Assembly (NCBI GenBank): GCA_002104905.1
Contig: MCFE01000431.1
Span: 1 to 64,000 of the forward strand
Direction: 5' to 3'
Origin: Basidiobolus meristosporus CBS 931.73
Taxonomy: Eukaryota > Fungi > Basidiobolomycota
Length of the DNA stretch: 64,000 nt
Made by a program: the position numbers and the translations under genes. Shown here in pieces: positions 20,771 through 32,545 of the stretch. Each line of letters starts with the position of its first letter. The first letter of the stretch is position 1. Below the pieces are notes generated by a model. That model made no database searches, had not been told where the DNA came from, and saw nothing but the letters and a program-made list of their open reading frames with translations.

Positions 20771-21216
20771 CGGAAGATCTCAACCCTGCTGACTACGGGC
20801 TGTTCTTTGCCTCTGCTGGCCACGCAACCCTGTGGGATTATCCTACAGCTCGTCACCTGCAGCATATTGCTGAAGACATTTATAAGCGCGGGGGTGTGGT
20901 TTCGGCTGTATGTCATGGACCCGCCATTCTCCCAGGTATCATGGATAGTACCACTGGTAAGTCCATCATTGCTGGCAAAAAGGTTACTGGGTTCACCACT
21001 GAGGGTGAGGAAATGCTAAATCTGCTTGAGCTGATCAAATCGGCCAATGTGGCTACAATCGAGGAAGGAGCAGCGGCGGTCGGGGCAGAGTATGTGGCAC
21101 CCCCTACTCCTTTTGCCGACTTTACTCAGACTGATGGTCGTGTGGTCACTGGCGCTAACCCTGCAAGTGCCAAATCTACTGCGGTGAATGCTATCAAAGT
21201 GTTCTCGAGTCTTTGA
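20488..21216 (+). CDS. HSP31: DJ-1/PfpI Hsp31-type glyoxalase III, copy 2 (242 aa)
   Basis: Intact ORF with the same catalytic motifs; most divergent C-terminal half (TARHLQ, EEMLNLLELIK, AKSTAVNAIK). Confidence 0.95.
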   Translation: MPANLPRRALLAITSYNEPFYANGSKTGLFYTEALHPYEALVEAGFEVDFASETGTYGVDEHSLSKDFLSEDDQKVLADPSHPFNVKLNSQLYKAEDLNPADYGLFFASAGHATLWDYPTARHLQHIAEDIYKRGGVVSAVCHGPAILPGIMDSTTGKSIIAGKKVTGFTTEGEEMLNLLELIKSANVATIEEGAAAVGAEYVAPPTPFADFTQTDGRVVTGANPASAKSTAVNAIKVFSSL

Positions 21217-22035
21217 GAGGCTGTCCATGTGTATAATATGTAATCCTTGTTCATTGTAAAGAGAGCCACAACCTTCTATGCAAATAAAATAAGCAAATAT
21301 AACGTACATAGTCATTGTATTGGTAGGTGAACTAACGCTAAGTACTACCATTGGGGGCTACAGCTTTGTTTACCCTAATCATGAAAGCTCCACAGATTGC
21401 TACTCCTGTTCAGTAACAATTTCAGCACTGAATAGTTTGATAGATATATCTAGCAGACCTAACTATTCACGTATCTGTGCCTCATATCAATGGACTTTTC
21501 AAATATTATCATTCCCCACTTATTTATTGACAATAAACAAACCCTCGATATGCTCAGACTCAGGAATGACAATCTTTATTCGTTTTCTCGTTACTTAATT
21601 TGAAGCAGAAGCTAAAAAGCCACGGCATGACTAGTTGCATGTTGAAGAATACTCGGCATCAACATAATGCTAAGAATGATTTTTATCGGCACGGTTTGTA
21701 TACGGGATTGCGGCTGACAATATGTTTGTTGTTCAAAACCACAATTGCATCCTACCTAGCAATCCACTGGATATCGGGTAAAATACTGGTTTGGCTTTTG
21801 TGCTACTGTGTCAGCATGCTGAAGAAGGTTGTGAAGATTGCCTTCCAAGGGAGACTACGAGGTGTATCTTTCGGATTCAGTTGGCCATGTAAGGCTTTTC
21901 ACTGGCAGTTCTTACAGTACGAGAAATCATTATGGTGAATGTTTTGAAGTCCAACCAATGCAGAGTATGTGGAACGGTATGCATTTAACCAAAACTTGAG
22001 GATAGTAACTAGAGCGAGTACAGTCATATCTAGTG

Positions 22036-22230
22036 ATGGGGATTAAGCGTCAATGTTCATACTTCTTACCGAACAAAATGATATTATCTCATACTTTTGA
22101 TGCCGCCTATCAGGGTTAGAGTGAAGGCCTCCCAAGATATCTTGAAGAACCTCAAAAGTGCCGTATCCTACCTCACCACCTTAGACGAGGTCAACCTCCA
22201 GAGGATTGATGCATTTGGTATTAGTGCCAC
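22036..22230 (+). pseudogene. YcjY-like alpha/beta hydrolase pseudogene, copy 2
   Basis: GIKRQ...HTFDAAYQG*SEGLPRYLEEP, then after a frameshift KSAVSYLTTLDEVNLQRIDAFGISA, matching the family FDAAYQGESEGLPRYLEDP...KSAVSYL...RIG-x-LGICA. Confidence 0.7.
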
Positions 22231-23906
22231 TCAATCCAGTACTTGGCTCTTATGAATTATCTAACCTTTCCTACCTGCTATCGTAGAATGTACATTAGTT
22301 AAGAAACTACATCAGTAGTATATGGCTTTCAACCTTTCTAGCCTCAACTACAACATTTACGTCCTAATCTGCCTACTTGGTCCCGAGATTAGGCTGGTAT
22401 GAAGTTTAAGTTTGATGGAAAAAGGAAATTGAAATCTTTGCTTACTTTATCTTCCAGTGAGACAGGGTAATATGTGTGTGTTTCTTTGCATAGTCCAAGT
22501 TGAGATCATGGCGGTTTTGTTATGGAGCAACAACCCTAATCACAAAAATGAAAACACACACAAAGATCTACAGTTTGATACTCCTTGACAATGCTGCCTA
22601 CTTGGTCAAGTACAGTGGTAATAATTGAGTGATATATACTCCGGGGATAGTGGTAATTTCGACCTATAAAATATCAAGCGCTGTAACATTGAAACATGCA
22701 TTTCATATTCCGCTATTTTCCCATGTTTGCAACCTGAGCCAAGACAAGAGTTGTGTATGCATGCATGCAAATTGTATGGAATGTGTTTCCTGTGGAAGAT
22801 AAGAATAATATCATCAACAGATTGATAGACAGGCCTGCTTTGTTCAGGTACCAAGGATGTCAGAAGTCAATTAGTGGCTCATAACTCTGAGGAATTACGC
22901 TATTACACATCTATGGTAGTTACTCCATTAATATTTTAATGATTAATTGGCTTGTTTACATCTTTTATACAGGAACCTTTGCTTTCACCAACTTTTCCGA
23001 AAACTTCTACAACTCCTCCTGCAGTTGTTCATCCCCGGCATAAGCACTGGGTTGGATTTCGTTTGCAATCGGGATAAAGTACCGCTTATACAAGATTGGT
23101 TGGTAGACTTGGCAGAATTTTGGAATGTTCGAAGGGATTTCCTTCTTTACGTGAGAATCACTGCGTTGTTGAAGTCGACGTGAATTACGTATGGAATCGA
23201 GTTTACCAAAAGCCCAAAAGGTTGTATCTTATTGGAGGGAAGACCCACAAGCTGATCCAAGCTAGTGGATCGCTACATGAAACCTACCCGGTTGGGAATT
23301 GACTCTGTGGGTCTAAGCACTGAGTGAAATGTGGTATTATCTCAGATCTGACATCCTCAGCATTACCTGTTCCAGCCTTTGTAATACCTCCGTGATTGCG
23401 TCACGTGTCAATAAAATTTTGCGTGCTCAGTCACGATTCGATTCTTCCAAGTGGCAGTCTATACGGCTTCACGAATATTTAGCTACGTAAATAGCCAGAC
23501 GACAGGTAACGTACATGTAAGCTGAAATCTAACTAGTCTGACAGTAAACGAAGCACTGTACCTCGATAAGTGACTTTCTAAAGCCACGGAAGCAACGTAT
23601 TTGAATCCTTCATCTCGCCGAAGACACTCAGCCCAAAAGTAGATTCGTAACTAGAACGTAAAGATAATCAAAGCATAGGCGGTCATTGTCTATCCCCCCC
23701 CTGCTTGATGTATATTACATAACACACCATAAAAGCCATCGTAGTTCTAACCAAAAATGGTCAGTATCTCAACTACTTGATAAGTGATCATCATCAAAAA
23801 AAATGATCATTTGCCAGAAATTTCGATCAATTTGTCATCCAGTTGCACGAGCCCATTATATAACGTGACTCGATGAACCTGGTTTGGTATTCAGAACTAA
23901 ATTACA

Positions 23907-24635
23907 ATGCCAGCCAACCTTCCACGCAGAGCACTACTAGCCATCACCAGCTATAACGAGCCCTTCTACGCCAACGGCAGTAAAACCGGACTGTTTTACA
24001 CCGAAGCATTGCATCCTTACGAAGCGCTTGTTGAGGCCGGGTTTGAGGTCAACTTTGCGTCCGAGACTGGTACCTACGGAGTGGATGAGCACTCCCTCTC
24101 TAAGGATTTCCTGTCCGAAGATGATCAAAAGGTGCTGGCCGACCCTTCACATCCATTCAATGTCAAGCTGAACTCGCAGCTTTACAAGGCGTCGGACCTC
24201 AACCCTGCTGACTATGGCCTATTCTTTGCCTCTGCCGGGCACGCGACCTTGTGGGATTACCCTACGGCTCGTGGCCTACAGCATATTGCCGAGGACATAT
24301 ATAAGCGTGGAGGTGTTGTTACAGCTGTGTGTCATGGACCAGCCATTCTCCCAGGCATCGTTGACAGCACCACAGGCAAATCCATCATCGCTGGCAAGAA
24401 GGTCACCGGGTTCACCACGGAGGGTGAGGTGATGCTAAGCCTGCTTGATATTATCAAATCAGCCAATGTGGCTACAATCGAAGAAGGAGCGGCCGCTGTT
24501 GGAGCCGAGTATGTGGCACCCCCCACTCCGTTTGCCGATTTTACACAAACTGACGGCCGAGTTGTCACTGGAGCTAACCCGGCAAGCGCACGATCCGCCG
24601 CCGAGGATGCCATCAAGGTGTTCTCAAGCCTCTAA
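23907..24635 (+). CDS. HSP31: DJ-1/PfpI Hsp31-type glyoxalase III, copy 3 (242 aa, mosaic)
   Basis: Intact ORF; the 5' part follows copy 2 and the 3' part follows copy 1. Confidence 0.95.
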   Translation: MPANLPRRALLAITSYNEPFYANGSKTGLFYTEALHPYEALVEAGFEVNFASETGTYGVDEHSLSKDFLSEDDQKVLADPSHPFNVKLNSQLYKASDLNPADYGLFFASAGHATLWDYPTARGLQHIAEDIYKRGGVVTAVCHGPAILPGIVDSTTGKSIIAGKKVTGFTTEGEVMLSLLDIIKSANVATIEEGAAAVGAEYVAPPTPFADFTQTDGRVVTGANPASARSAAEDAIKVFSSL

Positions 24636-25405
24636 AGGGCAATATCTGTGTATAGAAGTAGATAGACATTTAATAAATTCCTTAATTAACTCTCAATACT
24701 GTACCTCATTGGTACTTCAATCATGTATAAAGATTTCTTGCATCTGGTGATGGAAAAACCCTTGGATGCTATAGTGTACCAAAAAATCTTGTGACTTCTT
24801 GTTACAGCGTTGTACTTCTGTATTTTCTGCAATGCAGAGAGGAAATGGGTGATTCGTTCAACAGAAATATCGTGGATATTTGGAGAGCTGAGAATATGTC
24901 GAAGTTAAAAACTTTTGCTAGTCTTTCAAAAGGCTTTTACAGAGATGACTCTGGCAAAGGAGCTTGAGTAATGTGGAGTGGGCATTCAAAGGAGTGCACA
25001 AGCCATCATCATGATTGATTAATCAGTAGTGTCTGGAGTCAATAGATATGACCAGTTGTAGTGTAAAGCACCACATACTCTCACACCTGTAGAGTGTTCT
25101 TATCTTAAGGAGCCTATTTGTCAGACGTTTGATACCAATATGTAGTTCTCCAACTATAGTACTCTTAATTTTAGTACTTGGAGAGTGTCTCTGTTGATCG
25201 GCCCCTCTTTTACCTTGCCTGACCTGTCTACTGGCTGAAGCATGCTAAAAGATATTTTTCTTGCTTGCTACTTCTGCCATAGATGAGTCCATTGGGATTA
25301 CTGTTGACCACATTCCTGCACTTACTTCCAAGCCAATTGTGCAAGAGGACAACTCCACAAAGATGCTGAATCTATATGGTGGTTTTCCTGGTTGTAATCC
25401 CGCAT
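24190..25405 (+). repeat. Duplicated DJ-1 3' CDS plus downstream flank; partner at ~3465-4600
   Basis: Collinear similarity through the 3' UTR (AAAGGGCAA.ATCTGTGTATAG...) to TTTGTAATCCCGCATG / GTTGTAATCCCGCATG, where it ends. Confidence 0.9.
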
Positions 25406-25899
25406 GATTCTTTTCCTCCGTTTGCGCTTCCGCGTTTTTTAAGCAGATTATGTTAGATGAAAAATGGATATGTATCATCGCCCAACAATGGAATCAGCCG
25501 CTTGTAGTATGCTCGCCGGAATGATACCGTTCTTACATAGATCTTGATTTTATATTTGTAGCCAGGAAACACCTTACACTCTATATACCGCCATCAATTC
25601 TTCCTCCCCAATGCTGGGGAAATTCTCTGCTATGATGATATACTCCACACTTCTGCCACCCAACTTGCCCATTCTGACCGCCTGTTAGTTTAGATTTGGT
25701 GCCCAAGCAAAACGGCTGATTTGCTTGGCTCCAGGGTTACCTGTTTGATGAAAAGCAGCAATGCCTATATCGACCTTTCCAATTGGACTTTAGCTTTTGA
25801 ACTTTACTTTTCACGCCCAAACTCTGTGACATGATTGCTGGAAATGCCTTCACTTTGGTGCCAGGTACCTGGGCCATCAAAATAAATCAGGTTGTTCAA

Positions 25900-27970
25900 G
25901 AGTGCTAAGCTCCACATGCATGCTCTGGGGGCCTTTATAAGCATACTTCTCATGCTTGTTTTTCCCAGCCCCTTCAAAGGTATAAGTGCCACTCTCATAT
26001 CAAATACGCAACAAAGTAGCAATCTCTTACCACATAGGTTTCCAGTTGCTTGTGGTTTTTCCACGGATCCTTCTAAACCCCATGGTATTGTGATAACAAT
26101 GAAAATACTTCATAGCATTCCTTAGCAATAGCTCAAAATTATTGTCTCAGTGAGCTCAATAAGCAAGTGAGTATGATATGTCCACTCTGCTGTAAGGTCT
26201 GTCAATATGCACAAAATATAGGAACCAACTCTGTAACTTTATAAGGCTTCTATGTTGGTAGATAATTGCAAATATACAACTCTTGAGTACCTATTCACCA
26301 CCACACCACTGATCATGTAGTAAGCAATTTGGCAAACTTGTTATTGACTTCTTCAGTTATACCCATGCATACTTAGTCTGGCCCCAATCTGTCTCTTCAG
26401 GGCACAATCCAGTAGATTAGCTAAGTTGCTCAGGCACCCCTTGATTTCAAAATCAGGCCAAGGTATGGGAGTGGTGCACTGTCATAACCTGAGCTGTTTC
26501 TGGCTTGCTATGAGGTAAGCAGAGAGTGCTAGCATCAAAGTATATTATCAACAGGAATAATTAGCCATTTATGCTCCAGTTGAAGAGTTCTGGCTTGCTC
26601 TGCGGCCAGCCATATTTTAACTCTATGAGTTTCAGACACTTGTAGGAGTAGTGAAGTAAGGCACAACCTGGGGTGGGTCATCTGTCTGCTGCATTTTGTG
26701 CCTAGTCTTCATCAGAGTATATCAGAGGTCCTACTTGGAGTCCCCAAAAGTACATTTAAGGCAGATATTTGCCTTTCCTTGTGGGTATCTAAGGATCTGC
26801 TAAACTGTGGCTATGTAATTAAATTAATAGCTCTTGACATGCTTACCAGCAACTCCTGCCAAACATGCAATATCTGGGCATGTTTCTAGAGTAATAGACA
26901 TCAGTTTGCAAGCCATTAAAGGTATACAAGCTTGGGGCTTCCAGATGGTGCCAAGTTCTCTTGACATACCTGAGGCTTAACTAAGAAAAGGATTTCCTCC
27001 TTCAATATAGCTACCAACTTACAGTCTTCCACACGGTATTTCTGAAGTGTATCTTTAATATATTTCAACAGCCACAAGGTGATGAACTGGTACTTCTATT
27101 TGTAGAGAACTATATCCCTATGTAGTAACTGGGCACTCCTAGATTGGCATTTTGAACCCTTTAAATAGGCAGGATATAAGACCTATACCAAATGAACATG
27201 CCTGTGCATGTGACACAACCTGTGGTTGTCAAGAGCAACTGGGAAAATGCAACAGCTGCCAGTGGGCAAGATTGCTACTATATGTTCTTGTAGTAGGCAG
27301 CATAATCTTGCATACTTTGTTACCATTGGTCAAAATGAGGTTGGAACAGATGATTGTACCAGTGCATGGTGTTTGTCTCACATGTGCAATTGGTTACTAT
27401 AACCATGAATCCCACCATTACCTTTACCCTAAATTATGACTTGAGCTCTGAGCTTACTGGATCTTTGCTGGTATTCAGCTGGTGCTTTTGCTTGCAACTT
27501 TTGGTGGAAGTAATGTGCAGCTGATTACCAAAAGTAGTCTGAATTCTGGTTGGCCTTGTTTCCCCTGGAAATGGTACTTGCTTGTCTACTGTGAAGCTAT
27601 TACTCCAGATATTGAGAGTTGTTGCTCTTGAAAAAGTTAAGTCTCATCAGATGATGTATTGGTACTCACCTGGCCTTTTCTTATTTTTTAAAGGTATACA
27701 GTCACTTGCCAATGTAGATACTATCATTCTGGCTTGATGGAATGTCACAGTCTGATTTTTTGAGCAATGATTGGTTACTCTTAACCCCGATTTGGTTTAG
27801 CAGCCAATCAACAGGATACCTGATTTGCCGTAAATGCTCATATTGCCTATTGAGCATGCAAATCCTAGTTTCTGAAGATTGCACAAGGAATTGAAATTAG
27901 CATGTAAGCAATTGGGCAGGTGCAAATAGCTCTTCTGATGTTACAGATAATGTATACACATGTATGATGT
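25900..27970. mobile_element. CpG-depleted retroelement relics, including a copia RT fragment (~26900-27190, minus)
   Basis: The reverse complement CAAAATGCCAATCTAGGAGTGCCCAGTT matches copia RT at ~55735. 27430-27650 is similar to the insert at 55210-55505. Confidence 0.6.
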
Positions 27971-27977
27971 TTATTTA

Positions 27978-30900
27978 TGCTGTAAGAGTCTTGGAGATAT
28001 TGGAAGCGATTGGGAGAGCAAGTAGGTTATGTGGTTTTTGCTTAATGGCTAATCAAATGTAAAGTAGTACTTATATTTTTGCATGGCCTTGGCATAAAAG
28101 ACAAAGAATAGGTTTAAGAAGATCCCAAGAACATGTGTGCCAAGCTTGGGGCTGCATGGACAACTTTTGGACATGCATGTTCTGGGTACTTGCTATTTTG
28201 GTAAAAGTACTTTCAGTAAATCCCAACAAGGAATTTGGCAGTATTCCCTAAGATTTTTATGAAATGATCTAAGTGACTAAGCTGGGAGAATATCTAGGTG
28301 GAATCATAAGCTTTTACAGCACTCCCACTTAACCAAATGTTCATACTGACTGGTCCTAATTTTGACCTAAGATACTCAGATTTGTCTCTAGCTAATGGTT
28401 TCTTTAATATGTCTGCATCATTTCATCTGCAGTACAGTAAATTAAATGAACTAAGTTACTCTCAATAGCTTCACATATGGAGTGATGTCTACTACCTATG
28501 TGCAGAGTTCTAGCAAGAGCAGTTGGATTTCTATCTTATTGTGTACAATCTTAATTATCTTGAAATATAGTGACAAGTGTTTTTTGCATTATGTCTAGTC
28601 TTTAAAAAGCTTTCTTGACCACATAGCTTCTTTTGTAGCTTCATAGGCTGGCATATACTCTGCCTCTGTGATTCAAAGTGTGTTGGTTGGTTGCTTACTT
28701 GAATTCCATGAAATTGCACCTTTACAGTAAAGAAAGGTGGTGTCATGCATCAACATTTAGAATTTATGCTATTTTACTCCATTAGAAAATCTAGTACCCT
28801 AACTGATATTTCCCAACCCAAACATAAGTAATCTCTGTTATGGTTTATTTTACCACTTCTCAGAATCTATTTTTAGCTGTCACACCTGATCTATTTTCAT
28901 GTGGTCATTACATCCTCAACTGATCTCTAAGCTTCTTCAAGTGATTAGTCATTGGAGATCTATCCAACCACCTAGCAGTTGCCAAGACATTAACTGATTA
29001 CCAATGCAATGTTTCATTTGTCTTATGCACCTATCAACTCCCCAACAGATTTCAATTAGTCCAGTCTCTTGGCACTTTTTAATTTAACTTGATCAGAAAA
29101 GTATAAATAAACTCTACTGAACCTGTTGGTTTAGTGTGTGTCTCAACAAAATCAAGATTGTGCCACAGCTAAATTAAGAACTCAACAATTACATTCTAGG
29201 TTCTACCCCAGCCTAGCATATCTAGCACTCCCAAGAACACCAAGCCTGGCCTGCATAGCAAACCAACCCTGTTGCCTTTATAGCCAAACTCAGTTATATA
29301 TATGGCCAATACTAGACCATAACCTCCCTGCTAATATTTCCATCACTCTCTGACAGTTCCAACATTCTGCACTTAGTTGCCGCTTAGGTTCAGTTGAACT
29401 ATTCAAGAGTTTTATTACACTTTTCTCTTGAATACAACAGGTAGATCCTGTGGTGGATCTTCTGTCTTCAAAATTCTGCCCCCAGTCAGCATCAGAGTAT
29501 CCCACAAGATATTGTCCCAAATCCTTATAGGTGTACCTTAAGCAGATATCAGCAGTTCCTTTTAGATATCTAAAAGCTACTTAACTGCTGCAATATGATC
29601 AGATCCATAGTTCTGAATGTGCTTGCAGACAACTCCCACTGAAAATGAGATAACTGGATGTGCTTCAGCATAATATATATCTGACTGCCTACCATAGATT
29701 GGTAAGGATATTTTGGGCTTTCAGATAGCATCAAGCTCACTTGACTTGGTTGCATTTCTGACCAAGTTAAGGTTTGTCTCCATTAGGGTAGCTGCAGACT
29801 TAGTACTCCCACCAATCTGAGGGAACTAGATTTAATTTATACTTAGTTTTGATTACAATTGTATGGCTTGTTTCCCAAACTGTTGGCCTCAGAGTGCTTC
29901 AGGTTAGCTTGGGGATCAACTCTTACTCCAGGGCTTATCTGTTCTTTGATCATTTTCTGCAAATGATCATAATTGATGTGCCCAGATCTCCTGTGCCAAA
30001 GTATAGGTGTTTCTTCATCCAAGTTACTTATGTTGGCTTTCAGATATGACTTAGTATAAGTCAACTTGTATAGATTCTGGTCTCTGATACTCAATGCAAT
30101 ATGGGTATCATTTTCATCAGTTATCCTGCATCCTAAATTATCCATGCTGAAACCAAGTCCTTCTGCAGTGGCATTGCTTACAGATAGTAGGTTCTTAGCT
30201 ATTTCTGGTATATTAGTGTTCTATTGTCACCCAAGAAAACCTTCTTGATTGGAATTTCTTGATATTGGGTAAAAAGATCTTTTTGCAGGTAAAGTGCTGA
30301 GAGGCTCCAGAGTCAATATATGTTATCTCGGAGTCCTTATTTGTGGTCATATTCTGTTCAGTTATGAATTGTCTATCTTGGGTTGTTTCAGCACTCCCAT
30401 ATGCAGGCATTTTTTGGGTACTATCTCTCTTTGTTACGCACCAGTCTGTTTTATGTCTTGTTCATTTGCAGTAGTTGTAGAAACAGGTTGCTATTGCCTT
30501 TAAATAATCCACATACCTGTTTTGTTGGTTACCATTGCTTAGTAAAGCATTTTCTTCTTCTTCTTATTGGTGCATGACTTTCTTGATACTTTGTCCAGGA
30601 GCCTTCCATGCACATAATTCAAGGTTGAATATTCAGTTCTGAGCTCTAGGGCTGATACTAGGCCCTGACACTTATCTGTCAGGCTATTTAGGATTGGTAA
30701 CTATTATATCTTTATCAGTAATTAGGATGCCCACAGATTCCATCTCACCCACAAGCTGGATAATTTTCCATTCCTTCTCCTGGCAGCATCTTTGTAGTAA
30801 AGAGTTTTTGTCTAAAATACATTTTCTTGGCAGCTAAACATAACTGGTATGTGCCTTCTAATGTCTTTCAGTGAAGAGCATGAGAGCTTGAGGCTTCTAA

Positions 30901-31224
30901 CCTGCTGTAAGAGTCTTGGAGATATCAGAAGTGATTTGGAGAACAAGCAGATTTTGTGGGTTTCACTCAATGATTTATTTAATGTAAAAGTAGTATTTAT
31001 ACTTTTACATGGTCTTGGCATTACAAACATGTAGAATAGGTTAAGGAAGGTCCCAAGAACATATGTGCAAAGTTTGGGGCTGTTTGGACAACTTTGAGAA
31101 TTTTCATGTTCTGGGTACCTGGTATTTTGGTGAAAATATTGTAAGTAAATTCCAACAAGGAATTAGATCAGTATTCTGTAAGATTTGAAGGTAATGATCT
31201 AAGTGACTAAGTTAGGTCAGTATT
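27978..31224 (-). mobile_element. Degenerate, internally deleted Ty1/copia LTR retrotransposon
   Basis: 3' LTR 27978-28321 (TGCTGTAAGAG...CTTTTACAGCA) with PPT TTAAGTGGGAG abutting it. RNaseH/RT remnants (SDADWGQNFEDRRSTTG; YQSMVGS), a YIDSGASQH protease motif and a GAG-pre-integrase LWHRRSGH motif. 5' LTR from 30903, followed by GGTTAGAAGCC (similar to the copia/Ty5-type internal tRNA-Met PBS). Confidence 0.9.
28750..29430 (+). mobile_element. Nested ~680-bp fragment of a second (gypsy-associated) element inside the copia RT/RNaseH
   Basis: Reverse-complement match to ~31880-32545; its right end matches ~58090-58160. Copia coding sequence resumes on both sides. Confidence 0.75.
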
Positions 31225-31480
31225 TGTTGTAAGAGTCTTGGAGATATTGGAAGAGATTTGGAGAACAAGCAGATTATGTGGTTTTCACTTAATGATTTAT
31301 TGAATGTAAAAGTAGTATTTATACTTTTACCTGATCTTGGCATTACAAACACGTAGAATAGGTTAAGGAAGGTCCAAGAACATGTGTGCAAAGTTTGGGG
31401 CTGTTTGGACAACTTATCAAATTTTCATGTTCTGGGTACCTAGTATTTTGGTGAAAATATTCTAACAAATTTTTACAACA
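31225..31480 (-). repeat. Extra copia LTR in tandem with the 5' LTR, internally deleted
   Basis: TGTTGTAAGAG...TTTTACAACA; same family as 27978, 30903 and 52854 but missing ~95 nt. Confidence 0.85.
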
Positions 31481-32545
31481 CAATTGCCAGGGCAGGTCTA
31501 GAGGGAGATGCAGATCTGGAGAATCCAAAGTTATAACTTCTTGGTGGCTGATGCAGAGCAAGACTTGGCAGATTTTCAATGCTGTCAATTACTATAGTGG
31601 CATTCTCAAGAGCTGCTTTGTTAATTCCAATTTCATCCTAGTAACCAGAAATAACTTCAAGAGTTCATCTCTACAATGATTATCAGATATTGTCTTGGCA
31701 AGCTTCAAGTGCTAAAGCATGATGCTTTCCAGCTGTTCAGTCAGTTCTTCCTGATTTCTTTGGGCTTCTTCCAACATGGAAAGATTTGGACTGCTTGCTG
31801 CTGAGGACATCATGTAAAAAAGTTGAATGCAGTAGAATTCAACAAAAAAAATGTTTTATCTAAGGGAAAATTGCATTAAAACTCCTGAATGGTTTTACTG
31901 AACCAAAGTGACAATTATGTGCAGAATTTTAGAATTGTCAGAGAGTGGTGGAAATATTATTAGAGGGATTCTGGTCTAATGATGGTGTTATATATAGCTG
32001 GGTTTGACTATAAAGGCAACAGAGCTGGTTTACTATACAGGCTAGGTTTGGTGTTCTTAGGAGTACTTGATATGCTGGGCTTGGGTGGAACCTAGAACTG
32101 AATGGTTAATGCTTAATTTTACTCAGATGCAAACTTAATTTTGTTGAGACACACACCAAACTAAAAGGTTCAGTAAGCTTCATTCATACTTTTCTAATCA
32201 AGTTGAATTAGTAAGCACCAAGAGACTGGACTAAATGAAATCAGTTTTGGTATTAATAGGTCCATAAGATAAATGAAAATTGCATCATCAATCAATTGAT
32301 GCCTTGGCAACTGCTAAGTGGTTGGGTAGATCTCAGATGACTAATCACTTGGAAAGACTTAGCAAATCAGTTAAGGACATAATGACCACATGAGAAATGA
32401 TCAGGTGTGACAGCTAAAAATAGAATCTGATAAGTGATAAAATAAACCATAACTGGGATTAGTTATGTTTGGGTTAAGGAAAATCAGTTAGTGTATTAGA
32501 TTTTCTAACAGAGTAAGATTGGCTAAGTTCTAAATGTTGAAGAAC
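31481..32545 (-). mobile_element. 5' leader and gag-start fragment of a Ty3/gypsy-like element
   Basis: The reverse complement of 31481-31930 is collinear with ~58090-58545, which leads into gag-protease-RT. Confidence 0.7.

Noticed and set aside
22947-23302. Possible methyltransferase or other enzyme remnant
   Set aside because: Only a vague GTFAFT resemblance; stops or shifts in the relevant frames and no second motif.
3180-25405. Classical Neurospora-type RIP acting on the duplicated genes
   Set aside because: The linked duplicates keep open frames and CpG/CpA sites, and their lesions are mostly deletions.
27973-31485. Target-site duplication defining an intact copia insertion
   Set aside because: The flanks (ATTTA vs CAATT; GTATT vs CAATT) do not match.
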